Positions 13,734 to 29,021 of a stretch of DNA of 64,000 nucleotides are shown one piece after another (within the stretch, counting starts at the first letter, position 1; each line of letters starts with the position of its first letter). Source of the stretch: Eledone cirrhosa (lineage: Eukaryota); assembly GCA_964016885.1 (NCBI GenBank), contig OZ024742.1, positions 77,872,001 through 77,936,000 on the forward strand, in the 5' to 3' direction. The notes under the pieces were generated by a model. The model was given only the letters and a program-made list of their open reading frames with translations, did no database searches and was not told the origin of the DNA. The position numbers and the translations under genes were made by a program.

Positions 13734-15447
13734 CATTGTAATTTACTAAATTCAATATATCAGTGATGTAAGCTTACATGATTTGGACGGAACTAACTAC
13801 TGGAAACTAGCTTGTTTGAACGCAAGCTATGGTAGAAAGCTGTTGTAAAATATATCCATCAATAGAATTGAACTCGAAACAAAGTTTTCCGAAAGAAACT
13901 TGTTAACCTCATGGTCATGACTACAAATTTGGATATGAAAGCAAATGATGTAATTTACGATCATTTCAGTCGATATTAAGTGGCACATTTCAATAAATAT
14001 TTGTCTTTGTTTTGAGTTTATTTTATTCTATTACATTTATATATTTATCTATTGATGAGAGTTTTTCAATTAACATGTTAAAAATCCCACGGGCGCTACG
14101 AATTCAAATATTCCAATGAGATACATGAGATACATATAAATCTTCGTTTTATTTTCCTTTTAACTCTTTGTTCCAACACTTCTGTCATTTCTGCAATATT
14201 TTGGTTGAATCGTTGCTGAGTAAACACGGACAACGAGACAAAGAATGAAAGCGAGATACAGACAAATGTGTGGAAATAAAACAAAGAAAGTGAGTGGGAG
14301 TTTATTCAATGAGAAACCTAAAAGATAGATGGAAATGAGGACAGAAAATTCTAGAAGTGCGAAGAATTTTTTTAATCAGCATGTACGAATATGGAGGATT
14401 AATTCTTTTGCTTCGTGTTGAAACTGAAAATTTCACAAATGTAGTCTGGTGTATTTTATTGTTGTTGTTCGTTTTACTCCAGCTCAGCCCTAACCTAGTA
14501 AATATATGTCAAAGATCGTCTAGCTATTACCAGCTCCGTTTTTTACAGACATCTGAAATAATATTATCCCTTCATTTTCGTTTCTAAAAATGATATTGTG
14601 TTACTCGGGGGATGTATATACTATTTCAAGAACAGTGAGTGACCGTATAAAATTTAATCGTTAGCTCCTTCAGGCTCCTTGCTTGTCTAGACTATTTAGG
14701 TGGATAAATGTGGTGTATGTATGTTTGAATATCTTTCTATTTGTGTATGGGATGGTTTTGACACTCACATTTTGAATAAAATGGGCGGTGTGATTATATT
14801 TTCAAACTAACTCAAATTTCACAAGCTACATTAATGTTGTAAAACTGAGTATACGAAACATCTCATTTCTCTGGTTCTCTTCCTCGCCACGTTGCCGTTC
14901 AACTATGACGGTTACCAATGTATATGATTATAATTACTATAGAAATTGAGTAAGTAAAGAAACAAAAAGAAATAATAAATATCTAAGATCAATCTGATAT
15001 GTATTTGCTTAATAATGTTTATTTGATTATTCATTTATATATTTCTCCTCAAGGAAAGAAAAATGATATCTACAACGATTCACGAAAGTCTCTCATACGT
15101 AGAAAGATATATATTCAACTGCAAAATGAAAACCACGCACACAAAAACACTAACACACCTACAGGCACAAATACAAATATATAAGCATGATCTCACAAAC
15201 ATAAATTAACATAGTGTCACATACAAATAATCATACTTATATGCACGCATTTTCAAAGCTGATTTATTGAGAGATGTCTATACATTGCAACTTGATGCAT
15301 TAGTTCTAAGCTAAAAATTCTATTGTCATTGCATTTACAGTTGGAATTCTGCCAATCATTATGCACATTTCTCTGTATCATCGATATTAAGCTAACTAAT
15401 ACAGAGCAACTTATATATGTGTGTCTCTGCTTGTGTCTGTGTGTTTG

Positions 15448-15512
<65 letters not shown>

Positions 15513-15863
15513 TGTGGCGGCATATTCTCGGCTTAATGCTTTCCTCTGAACTTTCCAATGTCCTGGCTTTTTATAACATAGTCCGAACTATTTGATTAAT
15601 GTATCTCATTTTCTTCCATTCTTTGTCTGAGTACTCTTATTTCATTGTATTCCTATATCACTCACACACGTCTTCAGACAGTAGTTCATCACTATATATA
15701 TATATGTGTGTGTGTGTGTATGTGTGTATGGTCACTTATACATTACATATACACATTGATGATTACACCCACCTGTTGGTGTTTACCTCTATGTATATGC
15801 ATATCTCAATTATGTATATATACGTATATACAGGCATATATATATGTATATCTAGATGTAACG

Positions 15864-15944
<81 letters not shown>

Positions 15945-16805
15945 GTGTGCGTGTGTGTGTGTGTGTGCGTGTGTGTGTGTGTGTATCTATATATACATAT
16001 AGATACATTTAATTATATTATATGTATATATATATACATATAAACACACGCACACACACACACATGTGTATGCACGTGTGTGTTTGTGAGTGTCTAAATC
16101 TGAGTGCACCTATATAAAAGTGTACGTTTGTATGTTTGTGTGTGTGTGTAATGTCTTCGTCCTCCTATCTAGTCGCCTCTCATTTTATTTATTCTCTTCA
16201 CTTTCTTTCACTTTTTGTATTTCACATTCTTTGTTTATTTTACGTTTTCTCATTTTCTCTCTTATAATTCTCTAATACTCACACATTTTACTCCTCACCA
16301 TATACCCTGCCAGCACGTTCCTTCCCTTTCATTTAACATTTCTCCGTTCTTTCCCTTTCAACCATACTGACTACTCAGAACGTCAACCACTCACTGATTG
16401 GATAGCAGCCTAACGTTGTTGTATTAACATTGCTTTTCTAATGACGCCATGTTTGTCACTTCCCTATTCACTATTGATAATACACTTTTGGCTAAAACCT
16501 ATATTGTTATATCGTTATATTGTTATATTGATTTATAACTGCTCTCTCCCTCTCTCTCCTTCTTTCACTCAAACATTTACTCTTCTCTTTCTCACTGTTT
16601 CACTCTCGATTGTTGCTATTTTCTCTCTCACTACTTCATAATTGTCTTTAATTCTTCTTTATTCCAAATATCGTTCTATCTTTCTGCCGTTTTGTTTAGC
16701 TGTCTATCTATCTACCTATCTATCTGACAATATATCTACATATTTATCTATCTATCTATCTATCCATCTACATATCTATCTATGTGTATATATATATATA
16801 TATAT

Positions 16806-16922
16806 AACGAAGGAAATGTGGTAAGGAACCAGATGGACCATAACGCACCAAAGTACTCAATACTTTATACCAGAATTAGCCGTCGAAACGGCTTGAGCTC
16901 AGCCGTCGGGATCCTACTCGTT

Positions 16923-16925
<3 letters not shown>
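16806..16925. mobile_element. Minimal PLE insertion: tail (16806-16865) fused to an inverted pLTR tip carrying the 3' half of a hammerhead
   Basis: Tail is near-identical to 39371-39428. Tip reads GAAA-cggct..agccg-TC-ggg and ends TTCCTA|(TA)n. Confidence 0.7.
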
Positions 16926-16962
<37 letters not shown>

Positions 16963-16965
<3 letters not shown>

Positions 16966-17199
16966 GATATTAACAAATGGAAACTATATTTATAAAACCA
17001 TATTTATTTCATTATACATATTTCAATGATACCATGTTAAATTATGGTATGCCTTATATGTATAATGAAATAAATATAGTTTTATAAATATAGTTTCCAT
17101 TTGTTAATATCGTATATTTACTCCAAATACTTGTCGAGTGCTTTATATCAGTTATAAAAATATTTGCTTGTTGTATCCCAACAATTTAAATAGAACTTT

Positions 17200-17202
<3 letters not shown>
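16963..17202. mobile_element. Short PLE foldback element (arms ~16963-17020 / ~17056-17115, tail to 17202)
   Basis: Same family as 59006-59465. Arms are reverse complements. Confidence 0.8.
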
Positions 17203-17239
<37 letters not shown>

Positions 17240-17242
<3 letters not shown>

Positions 17243-17840
17243 TGGCTGCCAACTCGTTTTCGAGTACGGCCACTACTTTACATCCATGTAGGATAACCCC
17301 TACCGAAGCGCTGAACGAGTGTGACTTTTTAGTCCAGCCAGCGACTTGAAACCTCTGGTACAAACACTACACCTGTGACAATTATTGACACATAGTGCTG
17401 GGCCCATGTGAGGACAAGTGCAGAGAGATCTCCAGATATAAAGCAATGCCTGTGCCGTGAAGCTTTTATAGTGAGCAAAGGCACTGCACAAAGCCAGTCC
17501 CACTCTCTTAACCAAGATGATATTTACCAAAAAGAAGAACAAGTCAACATCATTGGATTACCATCAGGGTTGCAGGTGTTATATTAGAGTTTTCCTTCTC
17601 CTAGAATTCTGCCTTGACAAAGGCTAAGGGGTCATCTCTCCCGGTGATTTTGGATGGCCATTGACTCTTAAGAGCTCCTTTGCCCTTTGACAGGTTTTGT
17701 TTTTAGTCCTGCAGGATGTCCAAAGTCACCCTCCTCACCAAGAAACCTTGGTGGGGTTGCCAGTTTAGTCGCCAACGACCCGACCATGAGACAGGTTGTA
17801 CTGGGATACATGTTACCAGTAGCACCAACTGGTGACCTGA
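17240..17840 (-). mobile_element. RTE-clade LINE derivative (5' region joined to 3' zinc-finger end; internally deleted)
   Basis: Minus-strand CSVCTRGFKSLAGLKSHTR resembles the C-terminal C2H2-like motif of RTE ORFs. ctaggagaaggaaaactc at ~17587-17604 (minus) is recalled from RTE 5' regions. Confidence 0.55.
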
Positions 17841-17843
17841 CAT

Positions 17844-18137
<294 letters not shown>

Positions 18138-18303
18138 GTAAGAATATTTTCGAAACAGCGAGTGGATTTGAAATTATTAGAAATGTTAGCTATCACCGTA
18201 TTTTGACTCCCATGTACGTCAATACTTATCTTTTTCCATTTCTTCGAGGGTTCTTAACCCCACTATCAGGCTAAATAATTTCTTTAATTTCTTTAGTCAA
18301 AAT

Positions 18304-18362
<59 letters not shown>

Positions 18363-18365
<3 letters not shown>

Positions 18366-18800
18366 GAAAACGAAAAATCAGTGATGCATCTAAACTCAAT
18401 TTATTGTGTGTTACAATTGTTTCGCCGGCGGACATTTCGAGACGCGATAATTGTGTGGATCTGTCTGATTCTGGACCCGCAGGTTCGACGGGCACGTCTA
18501 ATGATTTCGGAGCATATTCTCTCACTGGGGTAACTGATCCTCAGGGCCAGAACCGTCAAAAACTTCATGCTCTTCGCGCGTCCTATGATTGGCTGCTGGT
18601 TGTCTACGTCATCATAATTCTGACCACAGGTTCCAGTCCGCTGACCCCATCAGGGTGTTAGCTGTTCCATGTCTGCTACACTTCAATGAATTACTGCTGT
18701 GTTTGGTAGTTCACACATCCACGGGCGCGCACACCCACCCACCCACACACACACACACACACAATCACATAGATAACGACAGTCGTATGCATAGACACCC
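18363..18800 (-). mobile_element. Solo pLTR fragment related to the 10096-13511 family; degenerate hammerhead
   Basis: Aligns with 10178-10340 (gaaaacga..aatcagtgatgcatc..ttacaattgtttc..tgatttcggagca). Confidence 0.7.
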
Positions 18801-19192
18801 GTTATACACACACATTTAAGGAGTACATGCATCCAGTGAGGCACGTACATACACAGACATATGCCCACATGCCTCTGTACATCACATACACACAAACACA
18901 TGTGCATACACATGCATACGCGTATATATACCTGTACACACAAACACGTACAGACATATACACAGACACCCCCCTCTCTTTACACCCACGCACACACATA
19001 TATATACACGCACCCATATACATATATACACACACAGATACACACATATATACACAAAAACAAGCCCTTTCCCTACATGGGTGCCTGAACGCACACACTC
19101 ACACTCTTACAAATATGCGCATATTCATATACACATCCGTGCACGCATAAAAAAATATATATAAAAAAATATATAAATATATATATATATAT

Positions 19193-19993
19193 ACGGAAAA
19201 ATGAAACGAAATTTCATTTCCCACTTTTAGTACGGCTGTTACTTAAATATAAGTATGTACACGTACATACATATATGTATATAGACGTACAGTAGTATGT
19301 ATATATATATACATACATGCACACATATATATATGTACGTATGGATTCACCGAACATTTATTATAATGCTCGGTGTGTTTGTAAACAAACATCCCGTATT
19401 AAACCGTAGTGTCCAGCAACTATCGTTGCTCGTTTGTTCAACACTGACAAAGGAACGCTGTACCAGTTTCAAGCTTATTAGCTATCGTCAGCAACGTATA
19501 CCTTCCTGCCAGATTGTTGAACGTATATACTTACCTTATGCATATTAACGGCTGAGTAGCCCAATTTGCATATCGAGTGGGTTAATCGGCCGGGTGCACC
19601 GAATAGGCTAAACGGAAAAAATGTAACGAAATTTCATTTCCCACTCTTAGTACGGCTGTTACTTAAATATAAGTATGTACACGTACATACATATATGTAT
19701 ACAGACGCACAGTAGTATGTATATATATATACATACAAGCACACATATATATATGTACGTATGGATTCACCGAACATTTATTATAATGCTCGGTGTGTTT
19801 GTAAACAAACATCCCGTATTAAGCCGTAATGTCCAGCAACCATCGTTATTCGTTTGTTCAACGCTGACAAAGCAACGCTGTACTAGTTTCAAGCTTATTA
19901 GCTATCGTCAGCAACGTATACCTTCCTGGCAGATTGTTGAACGTATATACTTACCTTATGCATATTAATGACTGAGTAGCCCAATTTGCATAT
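19193..19993 (-). mobile_element. Retrozyme-like tandem repeat, 420-bp unit x ~1.9, one hammerhead per unit (19456-19496, 19876-19916)
   Basis: Minus strand reads cguug-CUGACGA-uagcu aaua agcuu-GAAA-cu(a/g)g-UA-cagcg. The two ribozymes are exactly 420 bp apart. No ORF. Confidence 0.8.
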
Positions 19994-20248
19994 GGATATA
20001 TATATATATATAAAGAATATACACACAAAGTGATATAAAAATACATAATGGGTCATACATGAAAGAATGCATCTTGTTATAAATATATACATATATAAAA
20101 ATACATACATACACACACATATATATATATATACACATACATATATATATATATTTATATATATACATACACACACACACATATATATACACATACATAT
20201 ATATATATATATTTATATATATACATACACACACATATATATATATAC

Positions 20249-20345
<97 letters not shown>

Positions 20346-20443
20346 CATACACACACACATATATATATATATACACATACATATATATATATATTTATAT
20401 ATATACATACACACACACATATATATATATATACATATACATA

Positions 20444-20479
<36 letters not shown>

Positions 20480-20525
20480 CACACACACATATATATATAT
20501 ACACACACATATATATATATATATT

Positions 20526-20585
<60 letters not shown>

Positions 20586-21157
20586 TTTTTGAGTTTATGT
20601 TGGTTGTATACCAAAACCTCAGTATGCAGGCTGGAGCACTCGACGAAGTGCGCAGGTTGGTTTGGTTACTCCGGAGTAGTGTAAAATAAAGTTAAATAAA
20701 AGTCAAATGTTTAAAATTTAGCTTCGTTTATTACTGCTATATATATTTCAGTGACAGCCATCTTTGGATGTGACATCTTCAGGCAGTTTGAATTAGTATG
20801 GTATAGACAAGTACATATGTTGTTTAGGTGTATGATATTGTCAATACTCTGATATGCCCAGTTCCTTGCTGGGTTGTTAATTCACTGGGGAACTGGAGTC
20901 ATATTAATGACATATTAATGACATATTAATGTCATATTATGACTCCAGTTCCCCAGTGAATTAACAACCCAGCAAGGAACTGGGCATATCAGAGTATTGA
21001 CAATATCATACACCTAAACAACATATGTACTTGTCTATACCATACTAATTCAAACTGCCTGAAGATGTCACATCCAAAGATGGCTGTCACTGAAATATAT
21101 ATAGCAGTAATAAACGAAGCTAAATTTTAATCATTTGACTTTTATTTAACTTTATTT

Positions 21158-21159
<2 letters not shown>
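20586..21159. mobile_element. ORF-less PLE foldback element: tail 20586-20681, near-perfect arms 20682-20903 / 20938-21159
   Basis: 222-bp arms with ~1 mismatch, a hammerhead in each, flanked by (TA)n. Confidence 0.9.
21054..21108 (+). ncRNA. Type I hammerhead (mirror copy 20733-20787, - strand)
   Basis: actgc-CTGAAGA-tgtcacatc caaa gatggctgtcact-GAAA-tatata-TA-gcagt. Confidence 0.8.
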
Positions 21160-21197
<38 letters not shown>

Positions 21198-21198
21198 G

Positions 21199-21347
<149 letters not shown>

Positions 21348-21525
21348 GATAATTCTACCAAAATGTAGGTATGTATATTCCCTCTGATAGTTTGTAAAAA
21401 TTTTACATAGATCTAAATGACATACATTCCAACACAAACACATATATATCCTAGAAACAATCGTAAAATGATGAATTTTTTAATATAAGGAACTGTTTCT
21501 TTGTTTTTATTCATTATTTTTATTA

Positions 21526-21560
<35 letters not shown>

Positions 21561-21899
21561 TAAAAATGTATTAAAAAAATATAAATATAACGGCACCTAA
21601 ATATACATAGTAGGCTATACATGTTATATGTGCCTACAGAGATGTTGTCACGTTGCGAACATGGATCAATCCACGTATGGAATCCTCACGCCAAGCCACA
21701 TAATGGGTGTTCATGGTATTAAAGTAAATAGTATGCGCAGACCGTACATAGAAAATGCGTACAGAATACATATAAAAAAAGAAGGAACGTGTATGTATAT
21801 GAGATAGTACACAAGAGAAGTATGACATACACACGTGGGTCTGTATATGGAAAATACATTAGGTGTTCCAAACAGGAATGCGTGGAGAGTAAGCACTCT

Positions 21900-23671
<1,772 letters not shown>

Positions 23672-23718
23672 CATGAATGGACCTAATTTTCTCTAAAAAC
23701 ATTTATTTCTCATTCTGT

Positions 23719-23753
23719 CTTCTGATGAAGGACTAGCGTCCGAAATGTTAAAA
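23719..23753 (+). ncRNA. Minimal hammerhead-like motif in a short repeat (~23665-23840)
   Basis: ctt-CTGATGA-aggac tagc gtcc-GAAA-tgtta-aaa. Stem III is imperfect. Confidence 0.5.
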
Positions 23754-23865
23754 CCCTTTTCCTGCTATTTCAAGCGTTAAACTAATATATTCCTGCCTTA
23801 TACTGTACCAATTGTGTTGTTATTTCTGTTTACCCTTTACACACACACACACACACACACACACT

Positions 23866-23962
<97 letters not shown>

Positions 23963-26946
23963 GTGTGTGTGTGTGTGTATATAAGTTCACACTTCTATCT
24001 AATTATATATTTGCCAGTTTTTCTATAAGATACGATCGAGTTAGCAGGTGATATGGTAGGCCAAATTAAAAGGAATAGAACAATGTACCTCATCCGCAGT
24101 TATTTAGAATTATAAATGTGTGTCAATGGGAAACCGGCCTCATACTGGATTTAATTCAAATTAGTCCTTAATTATCTGGAACTAGCAGAAAAACCAGCCT
24201 TCGGGTGGTTTCTGCTAGCATGTGTAGTGTGTATATTGATATTATACGCAAGTATATATACATGTAGATATGATCAAATAAAATCGTAATTGACAATATA
24301 CACAGAAATTGAAAGAAGACTGTGTTACATTGTCTTATGTAATCAGTAATGTAATCCATGATACATTAAAAAAAGACGATATTATATATAAACTGCATTA
24401 GGAGAAAATTAGTGACAGAAAATTAGTATGTTTATTTAAGCGATCGCCACCGGAAGTGTTGACATCACACACTCTCTCTTTCTCTATATATATATGGTAG
24501 TTGAAGTGGTGCTGGTTGAAGAGATATACCGGAAGTGCAACTTTGAAAAGAAGTCAATTATAAATTATTTAATTTTACGAAATTGAGTAGATAAATTATG
24601 TAATATTCATTCATTATTTATTCAAAGTAATCCAACTTATTTTACAAACGGGATAAAAACAAATAAACCGTACGCAGTCCCGCAGACCTTCCTTTATTAT
24701 AGTTTAGATTGATTTCGTTCTTATATAAAATATATCGATCCATTTATCTATCCAGCTACCCATTTAATTATTATCTGTCTATATATTCATTGATATATCC
24801 ATATATATAACTATCAAACTGTCAGTATCTATGTATCAATCTATCTAGTTTTCATTTGTATTTCTTTATGGCTCTCTATCTATCGAAAGCGCCATATTAC
24901 CGATATTTACGCTTCGTACAATTTAATAATCAAAATAATCGTACTTTCAATGTATGGATGTAGGGATATTCGTACCGTAAATTCGATAATGTAGCGCCAC
25001 TTCCACTACTACTACAATTTTGTGTTACTAATTTATCATTTTACTGGTTTTAGTCATGGTACTGCAGTAAAGCGACTGCAGTTATTGTATGGCACTGTCT
25101 TCAAAGGTTTTCAGTTTAACCTATTTTTTTTTAGGTTGTTATTTTGCCGATCCCTGTTTATAGAAAGTCTGGTTTACTGCTTCTGTCTTGAATGCATGCA
25201 AATTGAAAGAACAGTAAGCTTATGCATGAATACATGCACATACACACACTCAAATGCATATGTGTGTGCTTGTGTGTGTATATTTTTGTATATATATATA
25301 TATATATACAAAAATATACACACACATATATATATATATATATGCGTGTGTGTGTGTGGTTGGAGTGAGAGAGTGAGGGAATGTTAAAACACCAGTCTGC
25401 AATGCAGGAATTATTTTTCTTACTTTAAAATGGTTTCTAATTTAAGCAAAAGGCCAGCAGTTTTGAGGAAACAAGATAAAACGATTATATTAACCCTACT
25501 ACTCTGAGTGTAGTAAGCTATCTTCTCCTGTGTTCTAACGGCTCTGCCATTCTATCCGACTCCCATTACTGTAAAATAGATGACATTCATTGTTTCCATA
25601 TATAGTTTGGGCACACGGAACCTAGACATGGCAGTGCAATAAATAAGTAATAGTCAGCACAAGCCATGAATCCATTTTAGGTGTGCTTCAATGTGTAACA
25701 ACATTAGTACAGCTAATAAATTCCGCCGACCGACAGCTACAAGTAATAGCTTCCTTGGCCAACCCTTACTGGTGAACAATATTTCCTATAGTGTTGTCTT
25801 CTGACCAGACATAGGCTTCCACCAATCTGCTCAAACCAACTCTTTAGTAACCACTAATGAATTTTAATTGTTCTTTAAAGTTAATTTGATTTTGTATTTG
25901 TTGGTTAACTGGGGAAGGAAATTAGATTATCGATGTATTCGCAAAACGTAATCATGTATGTCAGATGTGACTCTGGGTCGGTATATGTATGCTATTTTAC
26001 AATTCTCACCTGACATATATCAACCTTAATGGGTCAGAGGCATTTTTCAATTCTCCATAAATTCCAGTTTTATTTATGTCTAAATCATTTTACCCGAAAT
26101 CTAGATAGACTGAAATGAATATTACGTATATTAAATAATCACCGAAACGTGGTTGTGGTCAATATGATAAAGAAGTTAATTCAAATGCTCAATTCATATC
26201 TCATCTATATTCCCTTCATCTTGATTTCATTCTGAATCAATAAATAAAATTAACCCCCTCAAAACGTTAAGTGGATTTAATCGGTTGTGTTATCTTCTAA
26301 TTTGTGTAACGCTTTCCCAAACACAGTTACAAATTAGGTTACTGATTATTGCATATTTAGTTGTAGGTTCTTTATTCATGTTCTCCTACTAATCACATTT
26401 CCGTTAGGTATAAGTGTATTTGTTACTAACGATATTGCGTTTTGGGTAATTATTGGTAAAATATATAGTGATGAGGCAAAACCCAATTTTGATCAACACA
26501 ACAACTTCAAGCTCTTGGCTCAATTTATATGGTTGCTGAATATGATACATGAAATCAACATTACACTGTTATCTATAGGCATGCTCTAGTCTAGAAACGT
26601 AGACTGCATTGGAGCGAATTTAAACTTCAAACATGTAGTTAACCATTTAGATGTAATTTCATTTAACGCATACAGACACAAGATTGTTATAAACATTAAC
26701 TGATGAATGGTTCTGAAAATAATATTCCTCTATCTACAAATACTAACGCTCATATATATGTACACGCATATTTGTATATGTTTATATATTTATACATGTG
26801 TATATATGGATTTATATATAAATATATACACATATAGGTATGTGTGTATAAATGTATATATATATATACGTATTCATAGATTATTAATAGATTCCTAAAT
26901 ATATATATATATATACATAGGTAAATATACACACACACACACATGC

Positions 26947-27039
<93 letters not shown>

Positions 27040-27245
27040 AGTTATGTATATATTTATATGTATTAAAATGTGTTTTTGTGTGTGTTTGTGTGTGTGAATG
27101 TGTATCATAAACGAAAAAGTCTGTTTACAATACTTGATACGAATTTTATATCTAATAAGAGGAAGCTGTTGATTCAATCCATTTTGTTGCTAATTAAAAT
27201 TTCATCACGCCAAGTCCGTGCGTGTTTATATATATATATATATAT

Positions 27246-27576
27246 AGTAATAATAATAGTAATAATAATAAAATTGAAGACTAAAATCCAAAGAGGGCTC
27301 GATAAGGAAAATATATATCAAATATATAAGAACCGAAGAGCAAATATTTATTAATATAACAGATTAAAGTTTAAGCAAAGAATCGCTGCTTTCACCCTTA
27401 ACGGGATCTTCTGAAACTAACAAAGTCAATCTGTAAACGCAGAACTGGATATTTCAAAAAACGTTGCAACCGGAGGAAGACAGGAAGACGATACTTTGGT
27501 TCATGGTGACGTTCGCTGGCAAAGGTGAAAGCAGCGATTCTTTGCTTAAACTTTAATCTGTTATTTTAATAAATAT
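27246..27576. mobile_element. ORF-less PLE foldback element (tail 27246-~27342; arms ~27343-27397 / ~27523-27576)
   Basis: Reverse-complement arms, a hammerhead-like fold at 27368-27418 (-), and a second family member at 35128-35242. Confidence 0.8.
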
Positions 27577-27830
27577 ATATATATATATATATATATTGGT
27601 AAACGGAATAGAAAATGCTGACAAATTGTTCACAGTTGAAAAATGGTTTAATTAGGAATAAAAGAGTATTAGTGATTGTATGGGTTAGTATTCAGTTGTG
27701 GTTTTAAGTTTTTAAGTTTTTACCGGTTGCGCATTTCTAAATGCTTTTCAAAAATAATTTTGAGATAGAGTGTCCGTGCTGTTTGCTCTGATCTGATTAG
27801 TTTTGGGAATTCTACCTGTTTTTATGTTAA

Positions 27831-29021
27831 ACCGCCACCGGATACAAACCCTCCGAAATCGGCGACAAACTCCAAAACCTTTGCGATACTATCCAAACTA
27901 TGTTCACTACTACCAACCCAGGAAAAACCAACGAAGAACCATGTGAGATTGATTCACACAAAATGAAAATTCGAACAATTCCAAAATGGAACAAATCCCT
28001 CAGAGACAGAAAGTTCTCATTCTGGAAGATGATACAAAATCACAACAAAGCAGAGATATATGAAAAATGGCTTAACTCAACCCCTCTAACTCTCCCCCGT
28101 AAACTACAAATAAAGTCCATTCCAAATGAACCCGAACCTCAAAGACACCTTATGGAAAGAATGGCATTGGAAAAAATGAAGACAGAAATTGAACTTCTTA
28201 AACTGAGGGCCCAGACAAATGAGGAAAAAATCAAAACCATCGATGAAGAGATCCTCCTGGAAATCAACAACAAAACTGAAGGCCCCAAGGTAGAGAAGAT
28301 CTCCAAATTATGGAAAGGGGACTGCAACAGAGAAGAACTGAAATCCCTTCAACGCTGGGAAAAAAGTGCCGCTTGGTTCCTACACTATGAATCGACTTTT
28401 CAAACGGATTACACCTCCAATAACCCGTTCATAAAAATAGGAAAACCCATAACTGAACCGCACAACAACTTTTCAAACCCCCAAGCCTCAAACAAACGAA
28501 GAAGGAAGCATCACACCGAAGATGAACTTCCCAACCTCGCTACCATAAGAAGGAACAAAAACCCAAGAAATCATCTCCCCCAGAATGACATTTACAACTT
28601 TCCCCCTTCAAGGAGACACCATACCAAATCACTCAACTACTACGCGGATTCCTCATCGTCAAACATAGGGAAAAGATACCACCGCCATGATAGTTGCAAC
28701 AACTTCCCCGCCTCAAGGGGACAGCAAGGTAATTACCATTTTCTCAACTCTCACTTCCACAATACACAACAAACCCACACCACACGATACAACCAACAAC
28801 GTAGGCCACTTATAACACCACAATACAACATGGCACATAGAAACACACACCCATACTCGCAGTACAGGAACACCCCATTCAATCTACAACCACCAACCCG
28901 AACCACATTTTGCAACAACAAGGAATATAACAAACACAGGAGACCACTTAACATCAGCAGACAACCCCTCTACCCCAACCATTTTTTAGACACAGCACAC
29001 AGATACAGGCAAACAAAATAA
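27831..29021 (+). CDS. Upstream ORF of PLE (helical/coiled-coil-like N-part, basic Q/N/P/R-rich C-part), 5'-truncated at the inversion junction
   Basis: 373 aa from ATG 27900. The frame stays open upstream to the junction (TATGYKPSEIGDKLQNL...). E/K/L-rich segment LEKMKTEIELLKLRAQTNEEKIKTIDEEILLEI. Confidence 0.7.
   Translation, partial: TATGYKPSEIGDKLQNLCDTIQTMFTTTNPGKTNEEPCEIDSHKMKIRTIPKWNKSLRDRKFSFWKMIQNHNKAEIYEKWLNSTPLTLPRKLQIKSIPNEPEPQRHLMERMALEKMKTEIELLKLRAQTNEEKIKTIDEEILLEINNKTEGPKVEKISKLWKGDCNREELKSLQRWEKSAAWFLHYESTFQTDYTSNNPFIKIGKPITEPHNNFSNPQASNKRRRKHHTEDELPNLATIRRNKNPRNHLPQNDIYNFPPSRRHHTKSLNYYADSSSSNIGKRYHRHDSCNNFPASRGQQGNYHFLNSHFHNTQQTHTTRYNQQRRPLITPQYNMAHRNTHPYSQYRNTPFNLQPPTRTTFCNNKEYNKHRRPLNISRQPLYPNHFLDTAHRYRQTK

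Noticed and set aside
20682-21159. Palindromes as assembly or fold-back read artefacts
   Set aside because: Arms show mismatches, family-specific fixed boundaries and recurrence at independent loci. An artefact is unlikely, though reads were not available to check.
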